Shown: piece by piece, positions 35,182 to 44,449 of the stretch
Position numbering within the stretch: the stretch's first letter is position 1
Layout: every line of letters begins with the position of its first letter
Origin: a virus
Lineage: Duplodnaviria > Caudoviricetes
Virus record (IMG/VR): IMGVR_UViG_3300027782_000115
Coordinates: 1 to 52,720 of that record
Length of the DNA: 52,720 bases
Direction: 5' to 3' (one strand)
Made by a program: the position numbers and the translations under genes
The notes under the pieces: model-generated
What the model was told of the DNA's origin: nothing
Databases searched by the model: none
What the model saw: the letters and a program-made list of their open reading frames with translations, nothing else

Positions 35182-35647
35182 TTGCAGTAGTTTCGATCTG
35201 CTACATGCAGGTCATGTAACTATGTTAAAGATGGAGAAGGAATTGTGCGACTATCTCGTAGTTGCACTACAGATTGACCCGACCGTCGATCGTCCTGGAA
35301 TTAAAAATAAACCAGTACAAAGTGCATACGAACGATTTGTTCAGCTTCAAGCATGTAAGTATGTTGATGAAATTTTAATTTACGAAACAGAGTTTGATTT
35401 ATTACAGCTATTACAAACGCAGACAATTCATATTAGATTTTTAAGTGAAGAATACCTAAATAGAGATTTTACAGGTAAGCAGTATTGTATGGACAACGGA
35501 ATTGAATTACATTATCATAAACGTGGTCATAAGTATTCTTCCAGCGAGTTAAGATCAAGAACTGCTAAATTAGAAAACGCTAAAGATTCCGACAATTCTA
35601 AGGCATTGCCGCAGTATTCTCCAGAACTGATAAAATCAAGAGATTAA
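35165..35647 (+). CDS. TagD-like (glycerol-3-phosphate) cytidylyltransferase
   Basis: FDLLHAGH, ER...L.ACKYVD, SSSELR. Confidence 0.85.
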   Translation: MKVGFNCSSFDLLHAGHVTMLKMEKELCDYLVVALQIDPTVDRPGIKNKPVQSAYERFVQLQACKYVDEILIYETEFDLLQLLQTQTIHIRFLSEEYLNRDFTGKQYCMDNGIELHYHKRGHKYSSSELRSRTAKLENAKDSDNSKALPQYSPELIKSRD

Positions 35648-35649
35648 TA

Positions 35650-36432
35650 ATGATTACATTAATTGGCCACGGCTATATTGGCAACCAGATTAAAAAAGAA
35701 TTAGAACATCAAAATATTCATCACGAATGGATCACTCATGCTCAGTCAGTACCGACTGGCACAACCGTAATTATCAATGCTGCTGGTTATACAGGTTCTC
35801 CGAATGTTGATGCTTGTGAACAATACAAACAAGAAACTATCGACGGCAATGTAGTATTTCCGTTGCAGTTAGAATCAGCAAATCCTTCTACTCCCATTGT
35901 ACATATTACTAGTGGGTGTGTATATACTGGGTATAAGCCGGGTGGGTGGACTGAGGAAGATGCTCCTAATTTTGATTTTAACAACGGATCTTTTTATAGT
36001 GGATCAAAAGCATTGTTCCAAACTTTAATGGCACCTTATCTTGATAAATCATATCTGCTAAGAATCCGCATGCCATTTGGTGACACGCATGAATCTAAGA
36101 ACATTTTTACAAAACTATCAAACTACCAAAAACTAATCGACTATGAAAATTCATTTAGTTATGTAGTTGATGTAGCCAAGGTAGCGGTATATTTTGCATT
36201 AAACAAACCAGCTGGTGGAATTTATAATGTTTGTAATCCGGGATCTGTTACTACTAAACAGGTTGCGGATCAACTTAAATTAGATAAACAATGGTTCACT
36301 AGAGATGAATTTAGAGCTGCAACTATTGCTCCAAGGTCTAATTGTGTAATGAATGTTGATAAATTAATTTCAGTATTTCCGATACAAGATATCGGTGATG
36401 CATTAGATACCGCTATTAGTAAACTACGTTAA
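35650..36432 (+). CDS. NDP-sugar epimerase/reductase (RmlD-like SDR)
   Basis: GHGYIG, NAAG.TG.PNVD.CE, YSGSK, LRIRMP. Confidence 0.85.
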   Translation: MITLIGHGYIGNQIKKELEHQNIHHEWITHAQSVPTGTTVIINAAGYTGSPNVDACEQYKQETIDGNVVFPLQLESANPSTPIVHITSGCVYTGYKPGGWTEEDAPNFDFNNGSFYSGSKALFQTLMAPYLDKSYLLRIRMPFGDTHESKNIFTKLSNYQKLIDYENSFSYVVDVAKVAVYFALNKPAGGIYNVCNPGSVTTKQVADQLKLDKQWFTRDEFRAATIAPRSNCVMNVDKLISVFPIQDIGDALDTAISKLR

Positions 36433-36434
36433 AT

Positions 36435-37115
36435 TTATAATTTTAATTCTTCGGTAACCCAGTTCGATATCCATTGAGCTCCATCAATGCCAAAGTGAAA
36501 TCCTTTGTCTATAACAAGATCTAAAAATTTTTCAGTACCTAATAATTTTTCCACACACGGTATATTTTCTAATCCCGGCACTTCTCTATACAGTTTTCTG
36601 TGAAAAAATACTAAATCGGATAAAGATCTTGCTCTGTGAGAAAATGCTCTATATTCAGGATCAAAATGATTTTGATCTTCATGCATGGCCATAAGATTTT
36701 TTAGTAATTGATATTTTTCTGCAGTCGAAGGGCTAGAGAAGTTTTCTCTGGTTTGTCTTTTTCCGCTGACCCCATTAAACGGCCAAATGCCTTTGATGCT
36801 CATCGGCAATACCCAATAATTATCTGAAATTTGTAACAAGTCTTGTTTAAGATTTAATTTAAATCCTGGATCATAAAACGTCATTCTTGTCGGCTCAGTG
36901 AGTTGTGTTATAACTAAATCTGATTTTAATTGTTCAGATACTTGATCAATCATGTTTAACGAAAATAATACACTGGTTGCTTGTTTTCCAAAATTATAAA
37001 CTTTTAAATCTGGTTTAGCCAATGACAGTTGGTAGGGCCACGATTCTCTAGGTTCAGAATCAGTAAAAACACCACCTGTAAAACTACAACCGAAACAAGA
37101 TATAACTTTTGACAT
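36435..37115 (-). CDS. SGNH-like hydrolase/acyltransferase
   Basis: FGCSFTGG, SWP..L, NFG, C-terminal D..FHF. Confidence 0.65.
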   Translation of the reverse strand: MSKVISCFGCSFTGGVFTDSEPRESWPYQLSLAKPDLKVYNFGKQATSVLFSLNMIDQVSEQLKSDLVITQLTEPTRMTFYDPGFKLNLKQDLLQISDNYWVLPMSIKGIWPFNGVSGKRQTRENFSSPSTAEKYQLLKNLMAMHEDQNHFDPEYRAFSHRARSLSDLVFFHRKLYREVPGLENIPCVEKLLGTEKFLDLVIDKGFHFGIDGAQWISNWVTEELKL

Positions 37116-38014
37116 TATTTGATATAGGGCAAGAACTGTTTGTAAACAAGACCTTGTCGACTTTCTTGATCAGTCCAATGACACGCAGCAAGATCATTAA
37201 TCCACTGGTTTCTGTCAATCAGCCTCGGATAGTTGATATCTCCAATATTGTAATTGGCAACATCCCAACATACACTACTGCTGTCATCGACCCATAACGG
37301 AACACCTTCTAAGATTGATGCAACTCCGCTACTGCTGTTAAACACAAATGCTGCCTTGGCTCGTCTAAGGTCATGCTCTATTGGAACCTTGGTACTGTCG
37401 CTGATTGTCACTCCGGGCCGTAACAGTGGTGTTAGATCTGCTATTTTTCCTGGATGCGGTCTAAGCACAATTGGAAGATTAGATACTTTTCTCACTGCTT
37501 CTATTTTTTGCCTTGTCCATTCTACAGGACTTTGACCTTTCATGCTCCACCCGCCGTCTCGTTGCACTAAGAATAAAATATACTCGCCGTCTCGTTTCCA
37601 GTCTTTTATGTTAAGGCCAATATCGTTGGATAAAATATTCCAACGAGCAGAGTTAGAATTTTTATTAGCATACTCGCTGGAATCGTAATCAACACCGTTA
37701 ATACTATATCTTAGATATTTGCTGTCGAGATCTTTGAATTTAAAACAGTTAGCGTCAATGGCCATGATATGATTGTTCTGTCGACGTTGATGTTCGACTA
37801 TCTTAGCACGTAGTTTAATATTTTCTGTTGTTTGAATTGGACTTGGCCAGCCAAGAATTACCGCTAATTTTGCAGGTTGTATCACATATGTAGTTTCAAT
37901 ATGCACACGAGCACCTTGAGATTTCGCACCATCGGCAAATGCAGTGAGGGTATCTACCTTTCTACCGGGTGTTTGCTTATGCAAGGAACTTAGATAAACA
38001 ACAACGTCAAACAT
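37115..38014 (-). CDS. KpsS/capsule-synthesis-like glycosyltransferase
   Basis: VLRPHP, FNSSSGVASILEGVP, R.QW...LA..HW. Confidence 0.6.
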   Translation of the reverse strand: MFDVVVYLSSLHKQTPGRKVDTLTAFADGAKSQGARVHIETTYVIQPAKLAVILGWPSPIQTTENIKLRAKIVEHQRRQNNHIMAIDANCFKFKDLDSKYLRYSINGVDYDSSEYANKNSNSARWNILSNDIGLNIKDWKRDGEYILFLVQRDGGWSMKGQSPVEWTRQKIEAVRKVSNLPIVLRPHPGKIADLTPLLRPGVTISDSTKVPIEHDLRRAKAAFVFNSSSGVASILEGVPLWVDDSSSVCWDVANYNIGDINYPRLIDRNQWINDLAACHWTDQESRQGLVYKQFLPYIK

Positions 38015-38022
38015 CGGAATCC

Positions 38023-39675
38023 TTATTTAGGTTGCCACAGTGTTACATCATCGTCGTTTAAGATTCTCCAAGCAGTGCCGTCCCTCATTTCTGCTTCCGA
38101 GAACTGACAGTATGACAGATGAGCAGCCCAGGCTTCAACTTCTTCTACTGTTGGGATTTTTGGATTTTCGATCTGTGAAAGATCTGATAAACTAACAGCA
38201 TGTGCGGCATTAGGTCCGAGAGTAAACGCTGGCTTACCTAACAATACTGCCTCAGTGGCAGCAATGCTATTGAATGTCACTAAACAATGAACATCCTTGG
38301 ACAGAGCCATTTCCATAGTATCGGTAGCTGTTCTTTCTCGACGGCTAACCTTATTTCTAACAACGATCGGACGATCGCTATACATTTTAATTGTTGCAAT
38401 TGTTTCCTGCATCCATGTTTCGAGATCAAGACCAAACGCACTCATAGCCTTAGCACTTGGAGGACATAATAAAATATTGCTGCCTTTTCTAAACTTGCTT
38501 CGATGCCATCCAGTTGCTTCTAATCGATCAAACGGCCTTTCAATAACAGGGCCGATGTTCTGCATAGCATTCTTAGTGATTCTATGGAAGAATTTTTTAC
38601 GAACATTACCAAAATATCCGGTATCAATGTAATAATAATCTCTACCGTTTTCTTCACAGGCCCGCATGTGTTTGGCTTTAGTGATTCCTCTGAATACCAC
38701 CGGAGTCATTGAATTTTCAATTTTATCGTAGTTTGTGATTGTGCCGCCACAGCCAAGAATAAAAGATTCCATGTACGGATCCCAACCTATACCTTTACCG
38801 TCATTAGGATCACGGCCGCCGTCAACGGCTACTGCTGCATTATTGTCTAACATTTTAATATCCTTGATTACATTGCTCACGGTGGTGTTATAAATTTTTC
38901 CGGATGGATCAACTCGATACTTTAATATCTTTTTAAATACAGTTTCAATATCTTTTGGAATGTGGTCAAATGGACCAGGTGCTGGCGCCTTCTTCAATGA
39001 TTCTACCATTGCAGCATGTTCGACGGCCCATTGATAGCCGTATTCACAGTGTTTGTAATTATCAAACCACGGCCCTCCTTCTGTATAATGAATAGCCTTG
39101 GCACAGCCATCTTGAGGTTCGTGATACCAGTTTACTAGCCAATTGTATTGATAAGACAACTCTCCGATTTCGTTGTCAGCTAACCACATAAATCTGTGAA
39201 AATATTGTCCAAGATTCACTTCGTTATTAATTATCTGGGGAGTTAGTTCAGCGTTGGCTGGATGACCGCAGTTCCATAAAATCATCGAACTCCAGTTTTT
39301 TCTCGGATACGGCATTTGTTTACAGCCATCCATTTTGTCGCCTTCCTGTGGAGTATAATCGTGTTTTACACACATAACTGCATATTGATCGTCAGCCGCA
39401 TTGAATATTTCTGTAACATCACATTGAAATAGAAAGTCACAATCAACAAAAATTGCCCATCCTTTATATCCTGTTAGATAAGGTACAAGAAATCGGGTAA
39501 ATGTAAATTCTGTGGAACTCAACGCATCTGGTTGTCTGGTATAAATTCCTGCTTCTCTTAATTCGGATTGCTTGAGAGGGATAACTTCAACTCCAACGCT
39601 TCTAGCTTTGATACTAAATTCACAAACTCGATAAGCGATATCTTCTCGTGGATCGTATCCAACAAACACTTTCAT
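38023..39675 (-). CDS. GT8-like glycosyltransferase fused to a KpsS-like domain
   Basis: STEFTFTRF, FVDCD, YPRKNWSS, HYTEGGPW; C-terminal half has IDTGYFG, VTFNSIAA.EA...G.P. Confidence 0.75.
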   Translation of the reverse strand: MKVFVGYDPREDIAYRVCEFSIKARSVGVEVIPLKQSELREAGIYTRQPDALSSTEFTFTRFLVPYLTGYKGWAIFVDCDFLFQCDVTEIFNAADDQYAVMCVKHDYTPQEGDKMDGCKQMPYPRKNWSSMILWNCGHPANAELTPQIINNEVNLGQYFHRFMWLADNEIGELSYQYNWLVNWYHEPQDGCAKAIHYTEGGPWFDNYKHCEYGYQWAVEHAAMVESLKKAPAPGPFDHIPKDIETVFKKILKYRVDPSGKIYNTTVSNVIKDIKMLDNNAAVAVDGGRDPNDGKGIGWDPYMESFILGCGGTITNYDKIENSMTPVVFRGITKAKHMRACEENGRDYYYIDTGYFGNVRKKFFHRITKNAMQNIGPVIERPFDRLEATGWHRSKFRKGSNILLCPPSAKAMSAFGLDLETWMQETIATIKMYSDRPIVVRNKVSRRERTATDTMEMALSKDVHCLVTFNSIAATEAVLLGKPAFTLGPNAAHAVSLSDLSQIENPKIPTVEEVEAWAAHLSYCQFSEAEMRDGTAWRILNDDDVTLWQPK

Positions 39676-40478
39676 AAATTTCCTTGTATCATTGTTAATG
39701 CAGCACCGGTTCGTAATTCATCATTATGGAATTGACCATAGGCCAAATGGCAGGCCCAACTATATAATTTATCTTGATCTGGGTAGTACGGATTTTCAAT
39801 TTGACTCAAATCAGTAGCAGCCACCGGCTTGGCAGCGTTACAGAGTGCTAATACAAACACGGGATAGCCATACATAACCGCCTCTGTGGCAGCATTGGAG
39901 TTAAAAGTTACCAATGCAAACACATCATCATCGAGGGCCTGTTTTAGAGTATTACCAACTGTGCGATCAATACGCTTAGGAGCACGTTCGCGTATTTCTA
40001 TAGGTCTGTCTGTGTATTTTTTAATTGTTTCGATGGTATCGTTGGTCCATTGTTCTAGGTCTATTCCGTAGAACTTGCAGGGCTTTTCATCAGGTTTAGC
40101 TATTAAAATCTTTCTTCCTGATTTTTTCCAAGGTTCGATAGTTTTATTAAATTGTTTCCATCGGTCGTCTGGTCTAGATATAATTTCATTGTGTTGCAGA
40201 TTATTTTTTACAATGCGATGCCAATATTTCCACCCGTTGGGATTTTTTGGTGTAACTTCGTTGCCAAAATAACCAGTATCCATATAATAGAAATCACGGC
40301 CTTCTTCCCAGCAGCGTTTCATTATTTTGTGTTTCAATATGCCACGTAACACAATAGGTTGATTCGAATCTTCATAGACAAAATCGTCTGTGGATGTTAT
40401 TTTTCCTCTGCAGGATCTTGCTAATTTTTCTATGTATTCGTCTGTGCCATCTTTACTTAGGAAAACCCAATCTTTCAT
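39672..40478 (-). CDS. KpsS/capsule-synthesis-like glycosyltransferase
   Basis: MDTGYFG, VTFNSNAA.EA..YG.P, W..HLAYGQF. Confidence 0.6.
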   Translation of the reverse strand: MKDWVFLSKDGTDEYIEKLARSCRGKITSTDDFVYEDSNQPIVLRGILKHKIMKRCWEEGRDFYYMDTGYFGNEVTPKNPNGWKYWHRIVKNNLQHNEIISRPDDRWKQFNKTIEPWKKSGRKILIAKPDEKPCKFYGIDLEQWTNDTIETIKKYTDRPIEIRERAPKRIDRTVGNTLKQALDDDVFALVTFNSNAATEAVMYGYPVFVLALCNAAKPVAATDLSQIENPYYPDQDKLYSWACHLAYGQFHNDELRTGAALTMIQGNL

Positions 40479-41245
40479 TTTCTTTCTATGTCCTCTTCCA
40501 CACAGGAGTTACCGTATTGTATTTCAATCACTCGTAGTGGCTGGTCAGTTTCATTGCATAACTTGTGCCATTCGGTGCGGTTTATATGAATGTGCTGGTG
40601 TTGGGTGTATTCTCCTAGCAGATCTACATCCGTGCTTTGATCTATAGTGTAGACTGTGGCTGTGCCTTCTGCTACGAACCAATGTTCTGCTCGGTCTTGA
40701 TGTCGTTGCATGCTGAGACATGTTTTGGGATTGACTGTGAGTTCTTTAAGTTTGACATGATCACTAACTTCATGTAACACTCGATAATATCCCCAGGAAC
40801 GTTCAGTTTTAGGAGCCTTCCATTCTTGTAAAATCCAACTACTAGAATTTTTCTTATCTTCGCCGCCAACTCCAAATACAAAATCTAAATGAAGCATTTC
40901 TTCAAGTAGATCCATCTCTGGAATATTTTCTTTGGTTCTGTCGCCGCCGTTGGCAAAGATGATTTGAGCATATGGATTAAGTGCCCTAACTTTCTTAATG
41001 GCATCTTTGGCACTATTGTCACTGTCATTAAAATTGATAACTCGAACAACATTATTAAGTTCTGCAATGATAGTTGCACGTTCTTCCCAGGACATAAATT
41101 CTTGCCCTTTCTTTCGACGTAGCCATTCGTCGGAATTTAAGCCTATAATTAACGAATCGCCAAGTTCTCTAGCTGCTTTGATATAGGCAATATGCCCGGA
41201 ATGTAGGGGATCAAATCCACCAGTAATTAAAACAATCTTTTTCAT
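40475..41245 (-). CDS. Cytidylyltransferase fused to a type II mannose-6-phosphate isomerase cupin
   Basis: GGFDPLHSGH, ANGGDR, NSSS; R.WG.Y, LSMQRH..RAEHW, EIQYG...EEDIER. Confidence 0.85.
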   Translation of the reverse strand: MKKIVLITGGFDPLHSGHIAYIKAARELGDSLIIGLNSDEWLRRKKGQEFMSWEERATIIAELNNVVRVINFNDSDNSAKDAIKKVRALNPYAQIIFANGGDRTKENIPEMDLLEEMLHLDFVFGVGGEDKKNSSSWILQEWKAPKTERSWGYYRVLHEVSDHVKLKELTVNPKTCLSMQRHQDRAEHWFVAEGTATVYTIDQSTDVDLLGEYTQHQHIHINRTEWHKLCNETDQPLRVIEIQYGNSCVEEDIERK

Positions 41246-41278
41246 GCAGATATTTATCTGCGTATATTATGAAACTAT

Positions 41279-41734
41279 TCAAAGAGTGGCATCTTCTAAT
41301 CCAGCAGTACGCAGTTTAACAATATTACTTAACTGCCATTGTTTGATATCAAGTGCTTTGATTATACCTAACCATTTATTACGTAATAGAGCAAAGTCAT
41401 TGATGATCTTTTCAAAGTCTACAACGTCAGCTTCGCCTTCTACAAACTTTTCACAGTCTCTAGAGCTTAACTGACGTTGATAGTTTTCAAGATATTTGCG
41501 AAAGTGTTGACTACGTAGTCGACGTAATTCGATGTTGAGATATTCTAAAATACCTTCAATTTCTTGAAGTTGGTTGAATCGATTTTCAACAATGCCAGGC
41601 ATTTGCGCAGAGGCCCTTTCAATGTTTCCCGTTACACGAACATCTTGTTTTGCTTGAATTAATTCAGCTTCATAATAGGCCACAGCATCTGGGATATTAC
41701 TAATATCCTTTGAAACTCGATCATACCAATTCAT
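41279..41734 (-). CDS. uvsY: UvsY-like recombination mediator
   Basis: Helical ~150-aa protein downstream of uvsX; K.L..K.WQL.N.VKL..AG C-terminus. Confidence 0.7.
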   Translation of the reverse strand: MNWYDRVSKDISNIPDAVAYYEAELIQAKQDVRVTGNIERASAQMPGIVENRFNQLQEIEGILEYLNIELRRLRSQHFRKYLENYQRQLSSRDCEKFVEGEADVVDFEKIINDFALLRNKWLGIIKALDIKQWQLSNIVKLRTAGLEDATL

Positions 41735-41968
41735 TTATTCCTCTTCATCGTAGCTGTCTGCGTCATTTTCGATCTCTTCGCCATCGATAGCATACGCAAT
41801 AGCTTCGTCGAGATAAGGATCTACTCCCTGAAGACTATCTAATACACTTTCTTTGATCCCGTAGTCTAACAAGGTGTTTACAAAATCGCTGGCTACATCT
41901 GCTCTTTGTTTTTCCGGTATATGTCCAATCACCACATGCCAAAGGTCAGCAATTAAATCTTCTTTCAT
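41735..41968 (-). CDS. Acidic hypothetical protein
   Basis: Coupled ORF. Confidence 0.7.
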   Translation of the reverse strand: MKEDLIADLWHVVIGHIPEKQRADVASDFVNTLLDYGIKESVLDSLQGVDPYLDEAIAYAIDGEEIENDADSYDEEE

Positions 41969-43044
41969 TGAGCTTCCTCCAAGTCTGGTTCAACTGTAGT
42001 AGTTATCTCAGAAGTGGAAATTTCACCGTGTTTGGAAATGTCTTCCATGGCAATGTCTAGACCGTCTTTCTCATTGCGTTCCCAAGCCTTGCGGAACTGC
42101 TTGATAATCTCACCGTCTTTGGTAGTGTATACAAGGCTGTTACCTTCTTTCTTGAGCATGCCTTTGGCTTCGAACAAGTCGACTAATCCACTATATGGAC
42201 TCATACCTGTTTCATAAGGAATCTCAACCTGTACACTTTCAAACGGTTTTGCGTAACGTGTTTTCATAATCTTACAGGCTGCACGAATACCTTGTACAGT
42301 TGTAGTCTTATTACCATCTGCATCAAGTTTCAACTTCAACTTGCGCATAGCAACAACGATGGAACTAGCGTAGATAAAACCTTGGCCGCCACTGATCTTG
42401 TCATCTGGGTCAAACATGTCTTGACTTGCGTATGTGTGATTAGTTGCTACCAGTCCAATACCTAGACTACCAAACATGTTTACACAGTTGCGAACCAGTG
42501 CTGTAAGTGCTTTAGGTTTACGACCCATATCACCTTTAAGATCCCCGGCTTGAAACTGGTTAACATCGGTGGGGGTCAGTAACATTCCTAAACTGTCAAT
42601 AACGAATAATACTTTAGGACGCTCGTCCTCAGGCATTGTTTTGTATTCTGCAACAAATTCTGTAATAGTCTTTGCCACGTCGTCAATCATAGCCATGTTA
42701 AGCTTCAACAACTTGTCTGGGCTTGTGTCAACATCAAGTGCGTGTAACCACTTTTCATCAAGTGCGTTCTCTGTATCAATTAAGATTGGAAAGATGCCCT
42801 GTGCTTGTGCATTCTTGACCAGATTACCTGAACAGATAAATGATTTACCTGCACCACTTTCACCAGCAAACACAGTGACCTTGCCTAGTGGGATACCTCG
42901 TTTAAAGTCGCCGCTGATAAGATAGTTCAATGCGTAGTTGTTTGTACTGACCCAGTCTGTTGGATCGTTGAAGCCAATACTTAACCCATCGATAGATTTA
43001 GTGATTGACTTTCTAAATTTAGAAATATCAAATGCTTTGGCCAT
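41965..43044 (-). CDS. uvsX: RecA-like recombinase UvsX
   Basis: GESGAGKS, IDTENA, VIDSLG, NHTY, SGG.G. Confidence 0.92.
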   Translation of the reverse strand: MAKAFDISKFRKSITKSIDGLSIGFNDPTDWVSTNNYALNYLISGDFKRGIPLGKVTVFAGESGAGKSFICSGNLVKNAQAQGIFPILIDTENALDEKWLHALDVDTSPDKLLKLNMAMIDDVAKTITEFVAEYKTMPEDERPKVLFVIDSLGMLLTPTDVNQFQAGDLKGDMGRKPKALTALVRNCVNMFGSLGIGLVATNHTYASQDMFDPDDKISGGQGFIYASSIVVAMRKLKLKLDADGNKTTTVQGIRAACKIMKTRYAKPFESVQVEIPYETGMSPYSGLVDLFEAKGMLKKEGNSLVYTTKDGEIIKQFRKAWERNEKDGLDIAMEDISKHGEISTSEITTTVEPDLEEAQ

Positions 43045-43045
43045 A

Positions 43046-43237
43046 TTAGTTATCCAGGTCCATTGAATTGTATTCTTTGATTAATGCAATAAGGTCTTCT
43101 TCGGTATTGCAAACAGTCTTGGACGTTTTCCAATCTTCTTTTTTGTCTCGTCCACCGATCTCTACCATCCAAGCGTTGTCATAGCGATTGATAGTAATCG
43201 ATTCATTTACTTTTGATAATTTAGTTAGTTTTGCCAT
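43046..43237 (-). CDS. Hypothetical protein, 63 aa
   Basis: GGAG RBS; start MAKLTK. Confidence 0.7.
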   Translation of the reverse strand: MAKLTKLSKVNESITINRYDNAWMVEIGGRDKKEDWKTSKTVCNTEEDLIALIKEYNSMDLDN

Positions 43238-43255
43238 ATTTTTCTCCAGAGATAT

Positions 43256-43288
43256 GAAAGAGAGTGCGAGGCTTGCTCGCACTACTCT
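43256..43288 (-). terminator. Hairpin (weak terminator or attenuator) after the ssb gene
   Basis: AGTGCGAG/CTCGCACT stem with only a short U-tract. Confidence 0.5.
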
Positions 43289-43300
43289 AGTTTAGTCTTA

Positions 43301-44284
43301 TTACTTTTGACGATTGCGAATCATGGCAAGAATGTCTTGCGCACGACTAGCAGAGTCAGTATTGGCTGCTGGTGCTGAAACTGATTTTGCAGTTTCTTCT
43401 TTAGCCATCGGAGCTGGCTCATCATCTGCTTCTGCTGCTGCAGGAACGGCTGCGGCTGCTGCTGGTCTATTAGGATCGCCTGTTGCTTGACCCATACCTG
43501 CTGGTTTGAAGTATTGACCCCAACGATCCATGTCATATGCTTCGCCATCAACTGAAGCTTCAAACATTTCCTTCATAACCTTAAGCTCAACATCGCTTGG
43601 TTTCTTTGGAAGGAAGCTAGAAAGGTCAAACAAGCCATGTGCTTCAATGGCTGTCTTTTCTTGATCTGACAATGCACGTTCACGTCGGCTCCACTTTGAA
43701 GTAGAATAATCAGCAAAGCCACCTTTTGATGTCTTGGCAATACGGAAGTCAAGACCTTTCAAATAGTCTGTTGGCAACTCATCTAATTCTGGATCCATCA
43801 ATGCACCGCGAATAAGTTGATAAATTTGAGGTCCGATGATAAATCTACGGATTGGGTTTTCTGGAATCTTATCTTCTTTGATAGGATCTTCAACAACAAA
43901 ACCTTGGAAAATATAACTACGCTTCTTCCAGTACTTACGACCCATTTCTTCAAGACTCTTGTCCTTGAACCAGCCACGCACCTCAGATAAGATAGGGCAT
44001 GCTGTGCCGTCGTTGTACATTTCAACACAGGGAACTTGTACCTGCACTGGACGTGAATCAGTTTCACCTTTGATACCTGCAAACGGCAATTTGATCATTG
44101 CACGTTCTACCCAGAAAAATGTGTTGTTGGTATTACCATCGGGTAGCAAACGGATAACCGCTTCTTTGCCTTCTTGCATGTTCCAATGTGGGTAAATTGC
44201 GTTGTCTCCACCGCCGGTGGATTGTCCTGTGGACTTTGATTGTGCTTCTTGAAGTTTAGCACGGATTTCTGCGAGAGTTGCCAT
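43301..44284 (-). CDS. Single-stranded DNA-binding protein (T4 gp32-like)
   Basis: AVIRLLP, C..C Zn site, GLDF.I.K...GGFADY.TSKW, Ala/acidic tail; next to uvsX. Confidence 0.88.
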   Translation of the reverse strand: MATLAEIRAKLQEAQSKSTGQSTGGGDNAIYPHWNMQEGKEAVIRLLPDGNTNNTFFWVERAMIKLPFAGIKGETDSRPVQVQVPCVEMYNDGTACPILSEVRGWFKDKSLEEMGRKYWKKRSYIFQGFVVEDPIKEDKIPENPIRRFIIGPQIYQLIRGALMDPELDELPTDYLKGLDFRIAKTSKGGFADYSTSKWSRRERALSDQEKTAIEAHGLFDLSSFLPKKPSDVELKVMKEMFEASVDGEAYDMDRWGQYFKPAGMGQATGDPNRPAAAAAVPAAAEADDEPAPMAKEETAKSVSAPAANTDSASRAQDILAMIRNRQK

Positions 44285-44341
44285 TTTAAATGCCTCCTTG
44301 TGTTATGCCTAAAATGTTTATATGCCTTATGCACATGTTTT

Positions 44342-44370
44342 ATTATGCGCTTTTTATTTATCAAGGTCAA
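44342..44370 (-). promoter_or_regulatory. ssb promoter: sigma70 with nested late motif
   Basis: TTGACC-N17-CATAAT on the - strand, with ATAAATA inside the spacer. Confidence 0.65.
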
Positions 44371-44403
44371 TGATTATCTGTGTATTTTTAATTTTGTTTT
44401 ACC

Positions 44404-44427
44404 AAAAGAAAGGGCACCGAAGTGCCC
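44404..44427 (-). terminator. Intrinsic terminator
   Basis: GGGCAC-TTCG-GTGCCC + TTTCTTTT. Confidence 0.85.
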
Positions 44428-44449
44428 GATCTAACTGCGACGAAACTTG

